This document shows positions 53,719 through 62,159 of a stretch of 64,000 nt of DNA, in pieces (position 1 is the stretch's first letter; each line of letters opens with the position of its first letter). Source of the DNA: Candidatus Parcubacteria bacterium (GTDB lineage Bacteria > Patescibacteriota > Minisyncoccia > Phycocordibacterales > Zambryskibacteraceae). Position numbers and translations under genes: made by a program. The stretch is taken from assembly GCA_019661785.1 (NCBI GenBank), contig JAIFWP010000002.1:39059-103058 (forward strand). Direction: 5' to 3'. The notes under the pieces are model-generated. The model was given only the letters and a program-made list of their open reading frames with translations, was not told the DNA's origin and did not search any database.

Positions 53719-54630
53719 CTATCTTGAAAGTTTCTCTGATTGCAATCGGTTGACAATAGTGCGGAAGGTGTCCTCGTTGTCAGTCATGATGAGCATCTTG
53801 TTCTCGTAGAAGGCATACAAGAGGACGGTGTGGCCTGTCGGGTCTTTCAATATCCTCGCGTCTCGGTTCGATAGGGTGACGTCGCTCCACTCGGTGTTGG
53901 TAGGTACATTGGCTGCTACCCCCTCGCTTGCGAAGAGGGGCAGAAGGTCCTCAGAGAGCCTCGACTCCCAGTTGAGCATGCCTGGGAAGGCGCTCTCGAA
54001 GGATGCGAGGTTCACTAGTAGGAAGGTGTGTGAGGGGTCGCCAAGGAGCCCAAGCATGAAGAGCGGACCGAAGGCGCGCACTAATGGCGCCGGAGCATGT
54101 GAGCCAAGCCGAGTCAGGAAGTCCTCTGTGGTGAGTAGCTCTGATGCAGGCAGCGCGCCGCGGCGCAACTCTACTTGCTCTATGGCGGATGCGCCGCGGC
54201 TCTTAGCTCGCTCCGCGTTTATGGCTACTAGGAGAGTTTGTCGCGAGAGAGTCGAGGCGTCGACGTTCACGAGGCTCTCCGTCGAGATGAACTGGTTCGC
54301 CGGAGTCTCGACGGTTGGGAGGGCGGATTTCTCAGTATAAGTTTTGTAGGCATACCAAATACCAGTAGCACCAAGGGCTAGGAGGAGGAGGGTGAGTCCA
54401 AGATAGATAAGAGCCTTGCTCCCCTGGCGAGCCTCCACATCTTGTGGACCAAGCACGCGTATGGCATCACGCCTGGCTTGCTCGGCCTCGGCCATAGAGA
54501 CTACAGACTCGCTCTGTCTCTTGATAGTTTCGGCTACGTCACCCTCAAAGGTGCGTATCTGCTTAAGATGCGAGATCTCCTCCGGCTGCTGGGGCGGCGT
54601 CGGCGTTAGTTGGTTTAGAGCGTCGGGCAT
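53719..54630 (-). CDS. Hypothetical single-TM membrane protein
   Basis: A 303-aa protein with a TM segment at about residue 84-104. It overlaps the upstream NYN gene by 68 nt and has an alternative start, Met46, at 54495. Confidence 0.35.
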   Translation of the reverse strand: MPDALNQLTPTPPQQPEEISHLKQIRTFEGDVAETIKRQSESVVSMAEAEQARRDAIRVLGPQDVEARQGSKALIYLGLTLLLLALGATGIWYAYKTYTEKSALPTVETPANQFISTESLVNVDASTLSRQTLLVAINAERAKSRGASAIEQVELRRGALPASELLTTEDFLTRLGSHAPAPLVRAFGPLFMLGLLGDPSHTFLLVNLASFESAFPGMLNWESRLSEDLLPLFASEGVAANVPTNTEWSDVTLSNRDARILKDPTGHTVLLYAFYENKMLIMTDNEDTFRTIVNRLQSEKLSR

Positions 54631-55159
54631 TGTCCCATTTTACATTAGTTCTTGGTGCGATGAGGTACTTCTTCGGATTTGAGTCGAGGTCGAGGAAGTC
54701 GTCAGCGGCTTCTATGAGTTTGGCTGAGGACGATTTGCCGAAGGAGACTACCTCCACCTGCATGCCGTGGGTGTTTTGCAAGTACTCGACGAGGGAGACC
54801 ATGTCGCCGTCGCCTGTTATGAGGATGGTAGTGTCGAGCTTGGGAGCAAGCTTGACCGCGTCCATGGCGAAGTCGATGTCCCAGTTGGCTTTCTTGGCTC
54901 CGCCAGCGAAGATTTGCAGGGGCTTGGTGCGAGTTTCGATACCTACCTTGCCGAGGGCGTCGAAGAAGGCCTTCTCCTCCCCGCCTTCCGTAGTAGCTAC
55001 GTAGGCTATGGCGCGCACGAGTACGCGTCCGTCGAGGGCGTCCTTGATGATGGCGCCGAAGTTGGCCTTGGCGTGGTAGAGGTTCTTAGCCGAGTGATAA
55101 ATGTTTGCCGTGTCGATAAAAATACCTACACGCTGGGCTTTGTGTTTGATAACTGTCAT
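54563..55159 (-). CDS. NYN-domain (LabA/DUF88-like) protein
   Basis: Carries VGIFIDTANIYHSAK, LVRAIAYV and ILITGDGDM, acidic motifs typical of the NYN/PIN-like fold. Confidence 0.55.
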   Translation of the reverse strand: MTVIKHKAQRVGIFIDTANIYHSAKNLYHAKANFGAIIKDALDGRVLVRAIAYVATTEGGEEKAFFDALGKVGIETRTKPLQIFAGGAKKANWDIDFAMDAVKLAPKLDTTILITGDGDMVSLVEYLQNTHGMQVEVVSFGKSSSAKLIEAADDFLDLDSNPKKYLIAPRTNVKWDNARRSKPTNADAAPAAGGDLAS

Positions 55160-55219
55160 GTCTGTTTTTGGACTTCAGTAAACTGAAGTCTTCTACTAAT
55201 TATAAATGTGAACCGAAGA

Positions 55220-55486
55220 CTACTTCTTGAGGCCGAGTTTCTTCACGAGGGCGCTGTGGCGCTTTGGGTGCTTCTTCTCGAGATATTTCAAATGAGCGAG
55301 GCGCGATGCGACAAGCCCAAGGAGTCCGCGGCGGGAGTGGTTGTCCTTCTGATTTTTCTTCAGATGGCTTGCCAACTCCTCAATGCGGGCCGTAAGTATT
55401 GAAATTTGCGCTTCAGGAGAGCCGTTATCCTTGTCGTGGATGCGGGTTTCCTTTATGACGCGTGCCTTTTTGGTCTTAGAAATCAC
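55220..55486 (-). CDS. rpsO: 30S ribosomal protein S15
   Basis: Carries HDKDNGSPEAQISILTARIEELASHLKKNQKDNHSRRGLL. A GTG start is inferred. Confidence 0.85.
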   Translation of the reverse strand: MISKTKKARVIKETRIHDKDNGSPEAQISILTARIEELASHLKKNQKDNHSRRGLLGLVASRLAHLKYLEKKHPKRHSALVKKLGLKK

Positions 55487-55492
55487 GTATAG

Positions 55493-55521
55493 ATAATAGC
55501 ACGTCTCTCTACCAATTGCAA
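55493..55521 (-). promoter_or_regulatory. Putative sigma70 promoter of rpsO
   Basis: On the minus strand TTGCAA is separated by a 17-nt spacer from TATTAT, located 6 nt upstream of the GTG start. Confidence 0.4.
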
Positions 55522-55536
55522 GGGGTAAATTGGCAG

Positions 55537-55564
55537 CAAAACGCGGACCTTGAGGGGTCCGCGT
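55537..55564 (-). terminator. Rho-independent terminator after GC-rich hypothetical gene
   Basis: A 9-bp stem acgcggacc / ggtccgcgt with a 6-nt loop. On the minus strand it is followed by TTTTGCTGCC. Confidence 0.5.
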
Positions 55565-55574
55565 TGCGCACGTA

Positions 55575-55937
55575 TCACCGAGGGCTTGGCTGAGGCCGGA
55601 TCATGTTGAGCTCATGGATCTTCGAGATGAGGATGCTCTCCCGGCTGATTGCGCCGCTGAGGGTGACTCCCTTCTCGAAGGCTCGTTCGCGGATTTCCTC
55701 TACGATGGCACGCAGGTCTCTGCCGAAGGAAACTGAATCGTGCGGCGTGAGAGCGCCCGTTTTCTGCAGGTATTCCAACACGTCGAGCATCCCGTAGGCG
55801 TTCCGAAACACGGGATCCTCCCACGGGTCGTCTTCCTTCCCGTTGGTTGCGGCCATGATGCTATTTTTCATCATGTAGTAGAACTCTCGGTTTTCCGGCT
55901 TGTAGGCCGGCTTTTGTGGGACTTGCGAGGTCGCCAT
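55575..55937 (-). CDS. Hypothetical 120-aa protein (GC-rich, foreign-looking)
   Basis: G+C and GC3 are elevated, there are no ATA codons, and the gene has its own terminator. No family is recognised. Confidence 0.4.
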   Translation of the reverse strand: MATSQVPQKPAYKPENREFYYMMKNSIMAATNGKEDDPWEDPVFRNAYGMLDVLEYLQKTGALTPHDSVSFGRDLRAIVEEIRERAFEKGVTLSGAISRESILISKIHELNMIRPQPSPR

Positions 55938-56013
55938 TTCTTGGTCCTTGCTAGAGTGAGCGGTTCTAGAATTACCCTACTATCCTGAAACACCGAAAGC
56001 AAATGTTATAATA

Positions 56014-56943
56014 TTGTGCGACATGACCATCGCCACAGAGATTGAAAGGCTGAAACGGGAATTCCTCGAGCACACGGAGATAGCCAAGGGCCGCGCGGTG
56101 AAGACTATAGAGAACTACGACCACTACCTCACTCGTTTCATCGAGCAGAGCAAGGTCAAGAAGGCTGCTGACATCACTGAGGAGGTGGTGCGCGAGTTCC
56201 GCCTCTGGTTAAACCGTCAGTCGACGGGACACAAGTCTCCGCACAATGAAACTCTATCGAAGAAGACGCAGAACTACTACCTCATCGCGCTCCGCGCCTT
56301 CCTCAAGTTCTTGGCCAAGCGCGGAGTGAAGTCTCTAGCGTCAGAATATATCGAGCTAGCTAAGGTGGGCGAAAGGCACCTCGACCTCATCTCCTCCGCC
56401 GAGCTCGGCCGACTGCTCGACTCGGCCAAGGGCGAGGACCTAAAGAGCCTCCGCGACAAAGTCATCTTGGAACTTTTATTTTCTACCGGGCTCCGCGTCT
56501 CTGAGCTATGCTCGCTCACTACGGATATCGACTTCCAGGCTGGCGAGTTCCCTATCAAGGGCAAGGGCGGCAAGATTCGCGTGGTCTTCATCTCGGACGA
56601 CGCTCTCAAAGCGGTTAAGGACTATCTCAAGGCTCGCAAGGACATGGAGGAGTCGCTACTAGTGAGGATTACCCAAGCTGGCAAAGTAGCCGGGGCTCTC
56701 GGCCGCCGCTCTGTCGAGCGCATTATTAAGGAGAGAGCTATTCAAGCCGGCATATCAAAGAAGGTCACTCCCCACGTCATGCGGCACATGTTCGCTACGG
56801 ACCTGCTCTCTAACGGCGCTGACCTGCGCTCAGTCCAGATGCTCCTCGGTCACGCCAACATCGCCACCACGCAAATCTACACCCACGTCACCGACAAAGC
56901 TCTCCGCGACACGCATAAGAAGTTTCATAGCCGGGGGAAGTGA
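56014..56943 (+). CDS. xerC: Tyrosine site-specific recombinase XerC/XerD family
   Basis: An N-terminal SAM-like domain and a C-terminal catalytic domain with R...HxxR...Y (HVMRHMFAT, LLGHANIATTQIYTHV). Confidence 0.8.
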   Translation: MCDMTIATEIERLKREFLEHTEIAKGRAVKTIENYDHYLTRFIEQSKVKKAADITEEVVREFRLWLNRQSTGHKSPHNETLSKKTQNYYLIALRAFLKFLAKRGVKSLASEYIELAKVGERHLDLISSAELGRLLDSAKGEDLKSLRDKVILELLFSTGLRVSELCSLTTDIDFQAGEFPIKGKGGKIRVVFISDDALKAVKDYLKARKDMEESLLVRITQAGKVAGALGRRSVERIIKERAIQAGISKKVTPHVMRHMFATDLLSNGADLRSVQMLLGHANIATTQIYTHVTDKALRDTHKKFHSRGK

Positions 56944-56955
56944 TATAGTGACTAT

Positions 56956-57690
56956 ATGGAGAAAAACCAATTTTTCGATATAAACAAGCTCCCGCCAGAG
57001 AAGGGTCTTCTTCTTTTCGGCCTTTCGATGAATAAACTTTTCAATCGGCAAAGTCCAGAGAATTGTCTTGAGGATATAAGACACTTCACGCCTTCCAAAG
57101 TTTCTAAGCCCCTGATTGGACTCAATTTTATTTACAGCGATTTTCTCTATCTCTACAGCGACGAGCCAGCACCGGAACTGAAGAACACATTCATGAGCGA
57201 GGTTATTGCTCATCGTAATGGCGTGCAAAAAATTATTGAGAAAAACCATCTTGAGTTTCAAATCCAACATGCTTTCAATTACATCGTATGGAGCCAGCTT
57301 TATGTAGGAACAAAGAATTTCAATCAGCTGTTCATCTCACTCAAGAAGATTTACGCCGAAGACTCGCTATTTCAGAAATACATAAACGAGGATTGCCAAA
57401 GATATGGTCGAGAAATGGAAGATAACCAAGTCAACTTCTTCCTCGAAGAGATACTTATGATGTATCTATTGACTAAAAACCAAGTGAAACTCCCTAACGA
57501 ATACATAGAAGGACAGCAGAAATGGATTCTCTTCTGTTACCCAGGCCGTCCGCTCAAGAGCACTGTCTATATGTACCAGCTAAATCCCTTTAATCTTGAT
57601 TGGTCGGAGAACCAATATCAAAATAGCCATTTTGATTTAGAAGCTAAGCAGCTCATAGACTTCAACAGGGTCGACCTAGAGACGTACTAG
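56956..57690 (+). CDS. Hypothetical 244-aa protein, markedly low G+C
   Basis: G+C is roughly 40% against the ~52% background. It is rich in Asn/Tyr/Phe/Gln, has no TM or signal peptide, and lies directly 3' of xerC. Confidence 0.4.
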   Translation: MEKNQFFDINKLPPEKGLLLFGLSMNKLFNRQSPENCLEDIRHFTPSKVSKPLIGLNFIYSDFLYLYSDEPAPELKNTFMSEVIAHRNGVQKIIEKNHLEFQIQHAFNYIVWSQLYVGTKNFNQLFISLKKIYAEDSLFQKYINEDCQRYGREMEDNQVNFFLEEILMMYLLTKNQVKLPNEYIEGQQKWILFCYPGRPLKSTVYMYQLNPFNLDWSENQYQNSHFDLEAKQLIDFNRVDLETY

Positions 57691-57720
57691 TTGACAACTT
57701 CGGTGGGGTGTGGATATAAT
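57691..57720 (+). promoter_or_regulatory. Consensus sigma70 promoter upstream of nusA
   Basis: TTGACA at 57691-57696 is separated by an 18-nt spacer from TATAAT at 57715-57720. Confidence 0.6.
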
Positions 57721-57750
57721 AGATGGGTAATAAGTGCTGTTCTGTTATTG

Positions 57751-57772
57751 GGGTTCGCCGAAAGGCGAACCC
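57751..57772 (+). promoter_or_regulatory. Leader hairpin between nusA promoter and start codon (possible attenuator)
   Basis: A perfect 9-bp stem gggttcgcc / ggcgaaccc with a GAAA tetraloop, followed by GTTTCGTATCAATTTT. Confidence 0.4.
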
Positions 57773-57802
57773 GTTTCGTATCAATTTTAAGCAAATACAC
57801 AT

Positions 57803-58939
57803 ATGTTCGACCTCAAAGTCATCAATAGCGTCCTCGGCGAACTCGAAGAAGTCCGCGGCATCCCTCGTGAGAAGATCATCGAGGCTATAGAAGCTGCCCT
57901 AGCTACTGCCTATAAGAAGGAGTACGGCAAGAAGGGCCAGATAATCCGCGCCAAGTTCGATATTAAGACTGGCGAGGTCGAGTTCATGCAGGTGAAGGTC
58001 GTTGTCGACGCTACCAGGGTCATCTTTGATGAGGAGGAGATACCAGGAGAGGGCGACGAGCGAACATACTACAATCCTGAACAGCACATCCTCCTAGAGG
58101 ACGCCAAGAAGATAAAGCGTAATGCAGTACTCGATGACGAGGTTGTCTTCCCTATTGAGTCGAAGGGCGACTACGGCCGCATCGCCGCTCAGACTGCCAA
58201 GCAGGTCATCATGCAGAAGATACGCGAGGCAGAGAAGGTCTCCGTGCTTGGTGAGTTCGGCGCGCGAGAGGGCGAGATAGTCTCGGGCACTGTGCAGCGC
58301 ATAGAGAGGGGCAACATCTTCGTCGACATGGGCCGCGCTACAGGCCTTCTCCCCTACGAGGAGCAGATACCTGGAGAGCACTTTGCTCAAGGTGAGAGAG
58401 TCCGCGCATATCTATATAGAGTAGAGGAGTCTCCACGAGGCGTCTTCCTGCGTCTCTCTCGCTCGCACCCTAAGTTCCTAGAGAAGCTCTTCGAAGCCGA
58501 GGCTCCCGAGCTCCAGAACGGCGCTATCGTAGTGAAGGCTGTGGCTCGTGAGGCTGGCTACCGTTCTAAAATAGCAGCGCAGGCCCTCGACACGCACATT
58601 GACCCTGTCGGCGCTCTCGTCGGACAGCGCGGAGTACGCGTGTCTACCGTCATGAGCGAGCTTAGAGGCGAGAAGATAGACGTCATAGAGTGGAACGAGG
58701 ATGTGAAGAAGTTCATCGAGGAGGCTCTCTCCCCAGCGAAGATACTCGATATCAAACTAGATGATGAGATGAAGACCGCCACTGTCCACGTATCAGAGTC
58801 CGAGCAGTCGCTCGCTATCGGTAAGGGCGGACAGAACGTGCGCCTAGCCGCCAAGCTCACAGGCTGGAAGATAGATATCCAGAGTGCTAAGGGTGAGGAA
58901 CTTGCCACAGCAGAGGCTAAGACTGATAATATAGAGTAA
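57803..58939 (+). CDS. nusA: Transcription termination/antitermination protein NusA
   Basis: An N-terminal domain, an S1 domain, and two KH domains (GQNVRLAAKLTGWKIDI). Confidence 0.85.
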   Translation: MFDLKVINSVLGELEEVRGIPREKIIEAIEAALATAYKKEYGKKGQIIRAKFDIKTGEVEFMQVKVVVDATRVIFDEEEIPGEGDERTYYNPEQHILLEDAKKIKRNAVLDDEVVFPIESKGDYGRIAAQTAKQVIMQKIREAEKVSVLGEFGAREGEIVSGTVQRIERGNIFVDMGRATGLLPYEEQIPGEHFAQGERVRAYLYRVEESPRGVFLRLSRSHPKFLEKLFEAEAPELQNGAIVVKAVAREAGYRSKIAAQALDTHIDPVGALVGQRGVRVSTVMSELRGEKIDVIEWNEDVKKFIEEALSPAKILDIKLDDEMKTATVHVSESEQSLAIGKGGQNVRLAAKLTGWKIDIQSAKGEELATAEAKTDNIE

Positions 58940-59475
58940 TGAATCTCTGGCACGAAATAGATCCGGGCACTAAGGATGAGATGAATGTTATCGTCGAAAT
59001 CCAGAAGGGCTCGAAGAACAAATACGAAGTTGATAAGAAGACAGGTCTCATAGCCCTCGACCGCGTTTCGCATACCGCACAGGACTTCCCTTTCGACTAC
59101 GGCTTCGTGCCGCAGTCTCTTTGGCATGACGGCGACCCTCTCGATGTGGTCCTCCTTACCACGCACCCTCTCTTCCCTGGCGTCTTGGTGAAGGCGCGCC
59201 CAGTCGCTATCATGCACATGATCGACTCCGGTGAAGGCGACGACAAGATTATTGCTGTGCCTGTAGACGATCCTCGCTTCGCCAATGTGAAGGACCTTGC
59301 CGACCTAAACCCTCATTTCTTGAAGGAAATGGAGCATTTCTACTCGACCTATAAGAAGCTCCAGAACAAGGTTGTAGAGGTAAAAGGCTTTGAGGGCGTA
59401 TCTGAGGCCAAGGCCTCCTTTGACGAAGGTTTGAAGCTCTACAGGGAGAAATTTGCAGAGAAACTCTCGAAATAG
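58939..59475 (+). CDS. ppa: Inorganic pyrophosphatase (family I)
   Basis: Carries EIPKGSxNKYE-like VEIQKGSKNKYEVD and the DGDPLDV motif. Confidence 0.85.
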   Translation: MNLWHEIDPGTKDEMNVIVEIQKGSKNKYEVDKKTGLIALDRVSHTAQDFPFDYGFVPQSLWHDGDPLDVVLLTTHPLFPGVLVKARPVAIMHMIDSGEGDDKIIAVPVDDPRFANVKDLADLNPHFLKEMEHFYSTYKKLQNKVVEVKGFEGVSEAKASFDEGLKLYREKFAEKLSK

Positions 59476-59504
59476 ATTGTAGTTTAGGTCAACTTGACCG
59501 CGTG

Positions 59505-59511
59505 TTATAAT
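59505..59511 (+). promoter_or_regulatory. Extended -10 promoter element (TGtTATAAT) upstream of secreted coiled-coil protein gene
   Basis: tgttataat at 59503-59511 lies about 40 nt upstream of the ATG at 59549. Confidence 0.3.
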
Positions 59512-59548
59512 GTATACGCGCGCATAACTGCGCGCCTTAACTACAACC

Positions 59549-60175
59549 ATGAAAAAACTATTACTTTCCGGTGCTGTGCTAAGCATGCTTGTTGCCACTC
59601 CCGCTCTGGCGCAAGGCAGCTTGAAGGACGTTGTTAGGTCAGAAATCGAGTCCAAGAAGATTGAGCTCAAAGACGCTCAGGAAAAGATAAGGGCTACAGT
59701 AGCGAAATCCAAGGAAGAGGCCTCTACTACGAAGAAGGAGCTTAAAGACGAGCGCAAAGAGGCCAAAGACTTCCGCTCGGACATTGCTAAGATGCGCGCT
59801 TCCGTAGCTAGCAAGGTTTTCACCGCGACTATCGGCCGCTTGGAGAAGCTCACAACTCGCATAGAGTCGAGGATGGCCAAGCTCGACGCGAGTGGAGCTA
59901 CTACGACCGATGCCAAGGCTTTCGTAGCGATTGCTAAGCAGAATATCGCTGACGCGAAGACTCACATAGCCACGATGCAGGCCATAGATATCTCCCTCAC
60001 CTCGACCTCGACAGCGAAGGTGAACTTCGACAAGATAAAGGCTGAGGCCAAGGCTGCGAAGGAACTCTTGGTGAAGGCCAAGCAGAACTTGCAGAAAGCT
60101 GTGAACTCTCTTGCTAAGTGGGAGAAGGATCATCGCGACAAGACAGCGACCTCGACCAAGTCTGAAGTAAACTAA
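59549..60175 (+). CDS. Secreted alpha-helical/coiled-coil protein
   Basis: The signal peptide is MKKLLLSGAVLSMLVATPALAQG. The rest is Lys/Ala/Glu-rich helical sequence. Confidence 0.45.
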   Translation: MKKLLLSGAVLSMLVATPALAQGSLKDVVRSEIESKKIELKDAQEKIRATVAKSKEEASTTKKELKDERKEAKDFRSDIAKMRASVASKVFTATIGRLEKLTTRIESRMAKLDASGATTTDAKAFVAIAKQNIADAKTHIATMQAIDISLTSTSTAKVNFDKIKAEAKAAKELLVKAKQNLQKAVNSLAKWEKDHRDKTATSTKSEVN

Positions 60176-60200
60176 AAGCGCACTAAAATAATCTTCCAAC

Positions 60201-60458
60201 ATGCAACCTTCAAATGAGAACTCTGTCGGTCCAGTAGTAGGGGTCATCATCATCCTCGCTGTCATCGTGCTCGGCGGACTCTACTTCTGGGGCACAAGAG
60301 ACAATGCAACGGACGGCGTGAACCAGAACGTAGCAACTCCAAGCGGAGACAGCGCCTCGGCTATCGAGACGCAGTCCTCCTCGGACGATACGTCTAGCAT
60401 CCAGACTGATCTAGACAACACCAATACGAATCTCGACACAGAGTTGAATGCCTCCTAA
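60201..60458 (+). CDS. Small N-terminally anchored protein with Ser/Thr/Asp-rich tail
   Basis: An 85-aa protein with one TM helix (VVGVIIILAVIVLGGLYFW). Confidence 0.3.
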   Translation: MQPSNENSVGPVVGVIIILAVIVLGGLYFWGTRDNATDGVNQNVATPSGDSASAIETQSSSDDTSSIQTDLDNTNTNLDTELNAS

Positions 60459-61203
60459 ACCCGCAGAAAAACACAGCCACAAGCATTTCGAAGGCTTGAA
60501 GTTGGAGATGCTCCCCGACGGGGAGGCCCAAATCACAGGGGAGCTCACTCTCCCCTTTTTGGCAGAGTGCAGGACAGTGGCGCTCAAGGCTCTCACCGAC
60601 CGCATAGAGATACCAGGCTTCCGCAAGGGCCATATACCCGAGAGCGCTCTAACGAAACACTTAGGCGAGATGCGCATACTTGAGGAGGCGGCGGAGGTTG
60701 GCTTGGCCGAGGAGTATGGACACATCATAACGGAATTGAAGCTCTCTCCTATCGGTCGACCGCACATCGCAGTGACCAAACTCGCTCCCGGGATACCGCT
60801 CGAGTTTAAGATATTGGTGCCGCTTGAGCCTGAGCTTACTCTGCCTGACTACAAGAAAGTCGCCAAAGAAGTTCCTAAATCTGAGTTTAAGGACGATGCC
60901 AAGGAGGAAGAAAAATTCTGGGCCAGAGAGAAGCGCCGCGCCGCAATACTCGACGCCATAGTCAAAGCTACAGATATAAAACTGCCCAAAATCCTTAGAG
61001 AGAACGAGAATAAATCCAAAGCCGAACTCATCTTGCTCAAAATTGCCGAAGCAGAGAAGATAGAACCGACACCAGAGGAGCTAGAGGCCGAAGCGCTCCA
61101 CATCCTAAAGCATCATCCTGAGGCCGATCCCCTGCGAGCTCGCCTATACGTATATCAACTCCTTCGCAATACCAAGGTCTTGGAGTTCCTTGAAACTCTG
61201 TAA
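60448..61203 (+). CDS. tig: Trigger factor-like chaperone lacking the PPIase domain
   Basis: The ribosome-binding N-domain signature IEIPGFRKGHIPESAL is present, followed by a C-terminal helical arm domain. There is no FKBP domain, and clpP follows as in tig-clpP operons. The alternative start is Met21 at 60508. Confidence 0.5.
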   Translation: MPPKPAEKHSHKHFEGLKLEMLPDGEAQITGELTLPFLAECRTVALKALTDRIEIPGFRKGHIPESALTKHLGEMRILEEAAEVGLAEEYGHIITELKLSPIGRPHIAVTKLAPGIPLEFKILVPLEPELTLPDYKKVAKEVPKSEFKDDAKEEEKFWAREKRRAAILDAIVKATDIKLPKILRENENKSKAELILLKIAEAEKIEPTPEELEAEALHILKHHPEADPLRARLYVYQLLRNTKVLEFLETL

Positions 61204-61493
61204 CTCCGCCATGTATAATTGGGCAAGGCCCGCTTCGGAGAGATGATGCAAAGACGCATATTGCGCCGAGCAGTAGAGCAAGCCCAACGTCGAAACCAGC
61301 TCACCCTACCTCCCCCTCCCGCTCTCGAGCCCGAAATCCCGAGGAGCGGCGCCTTACCGGAGGCCGAGCCTCCATCCGAACCTGAAGCACCTTCCGTGAA
61401 GCCCCCGCAGTGACGGGGGTTTCATTATGCTTCTCAATGCATTCTTGCTTCGCAAGCGTCTTTTATATATAGTGCAGGCATAACAGCATACAT

Positions 61494-62069
61494 ATGAGCT
61501 ATCTCATCCCCACAGTCATAGAGAAGTCCCCTCTCGGCGAGCGCGCTTATGACATTTACTCACGCCTCTTGAAGGAGCGCATTATCTTCCTCACGGGCTC
61601 GATAGACGACGATGTCGCGAACATCGTCATAGCCCAGTTACTCTTCCTCCAGTCCGAGGACCAGAAGAAGGATATCTCCCTATACATCAACTCCCCTGGC
61701 GGCTCGGTCACTGCCGGCCTCGCCATCATCGACGCTATGAATCATGTGAAGCCCGATGTCTCTACCGTCTGCGTCGGCATGGCCGCATCTATGGGCTCGC
61801 ACATCCTGGCCGCAGGCACCAAGGGCAAGCGCTTCGCCCTGCCTAACTCTGAGATAATGATTCATCAGCCTCTTGGAGGTGCTGAGGGCCAAACATCGGA
61901 TATCGCTATCAGGGCCGAGTGGTATATCAAACTGAAGAAGCGCTTATCAAAGATGATGTCCGAGGCCACCGGCCAGTCTCTGGCTAAGATAGAAAAGGAT
62001 GAGGATAGGGACTTCTTCATGGACTCCGAAGCCGCCAAGAAATACGGCATTATTGACAAGATTTTATAG
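61494..62069 (+). CDS. clpP: ATP-dependent Clp protease proteolytic subunit
   Basis: Carries [16 protein letters not shown], and GMAASMGS with the catalytic Ser. The His and Asp residues are also in place. Confidence 0.9.
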   Translation: MSYLIPTVIEKSPLGERAYDIYSRLLKERIIFLTGSIDDDVANIVIAQLLFLQSEDQKKDISLYINSPGGSVTAGLAIIDAMNHVKPDVSTVCVGMAASMGSHILAAGTKGKRFALPNSEIMIHQPLGGAEGQTSDIAIRAEWYIKLKKRLSKMMSEATGQSLAKIEKDEDRDFFMDSEAAKKYGIIDKIL

Positions 62070-62159
62070 GTGGCGTACTCTAAGGCTGTTCACTCTTAAA
62101 TTGTTTTCCTGAAACTTCCAGTCCGCTAAGTCGCGGATCCCGTTAACGGCTGAAATCTG

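Noticed and set aside
61219-61413. 64-aa ORF between tig and clpP
   Set aside because: It is Pro/Ala/Glu-rich with low complexity and has no start context. The clpP promoter or leader more plausibly occupies this spacer.
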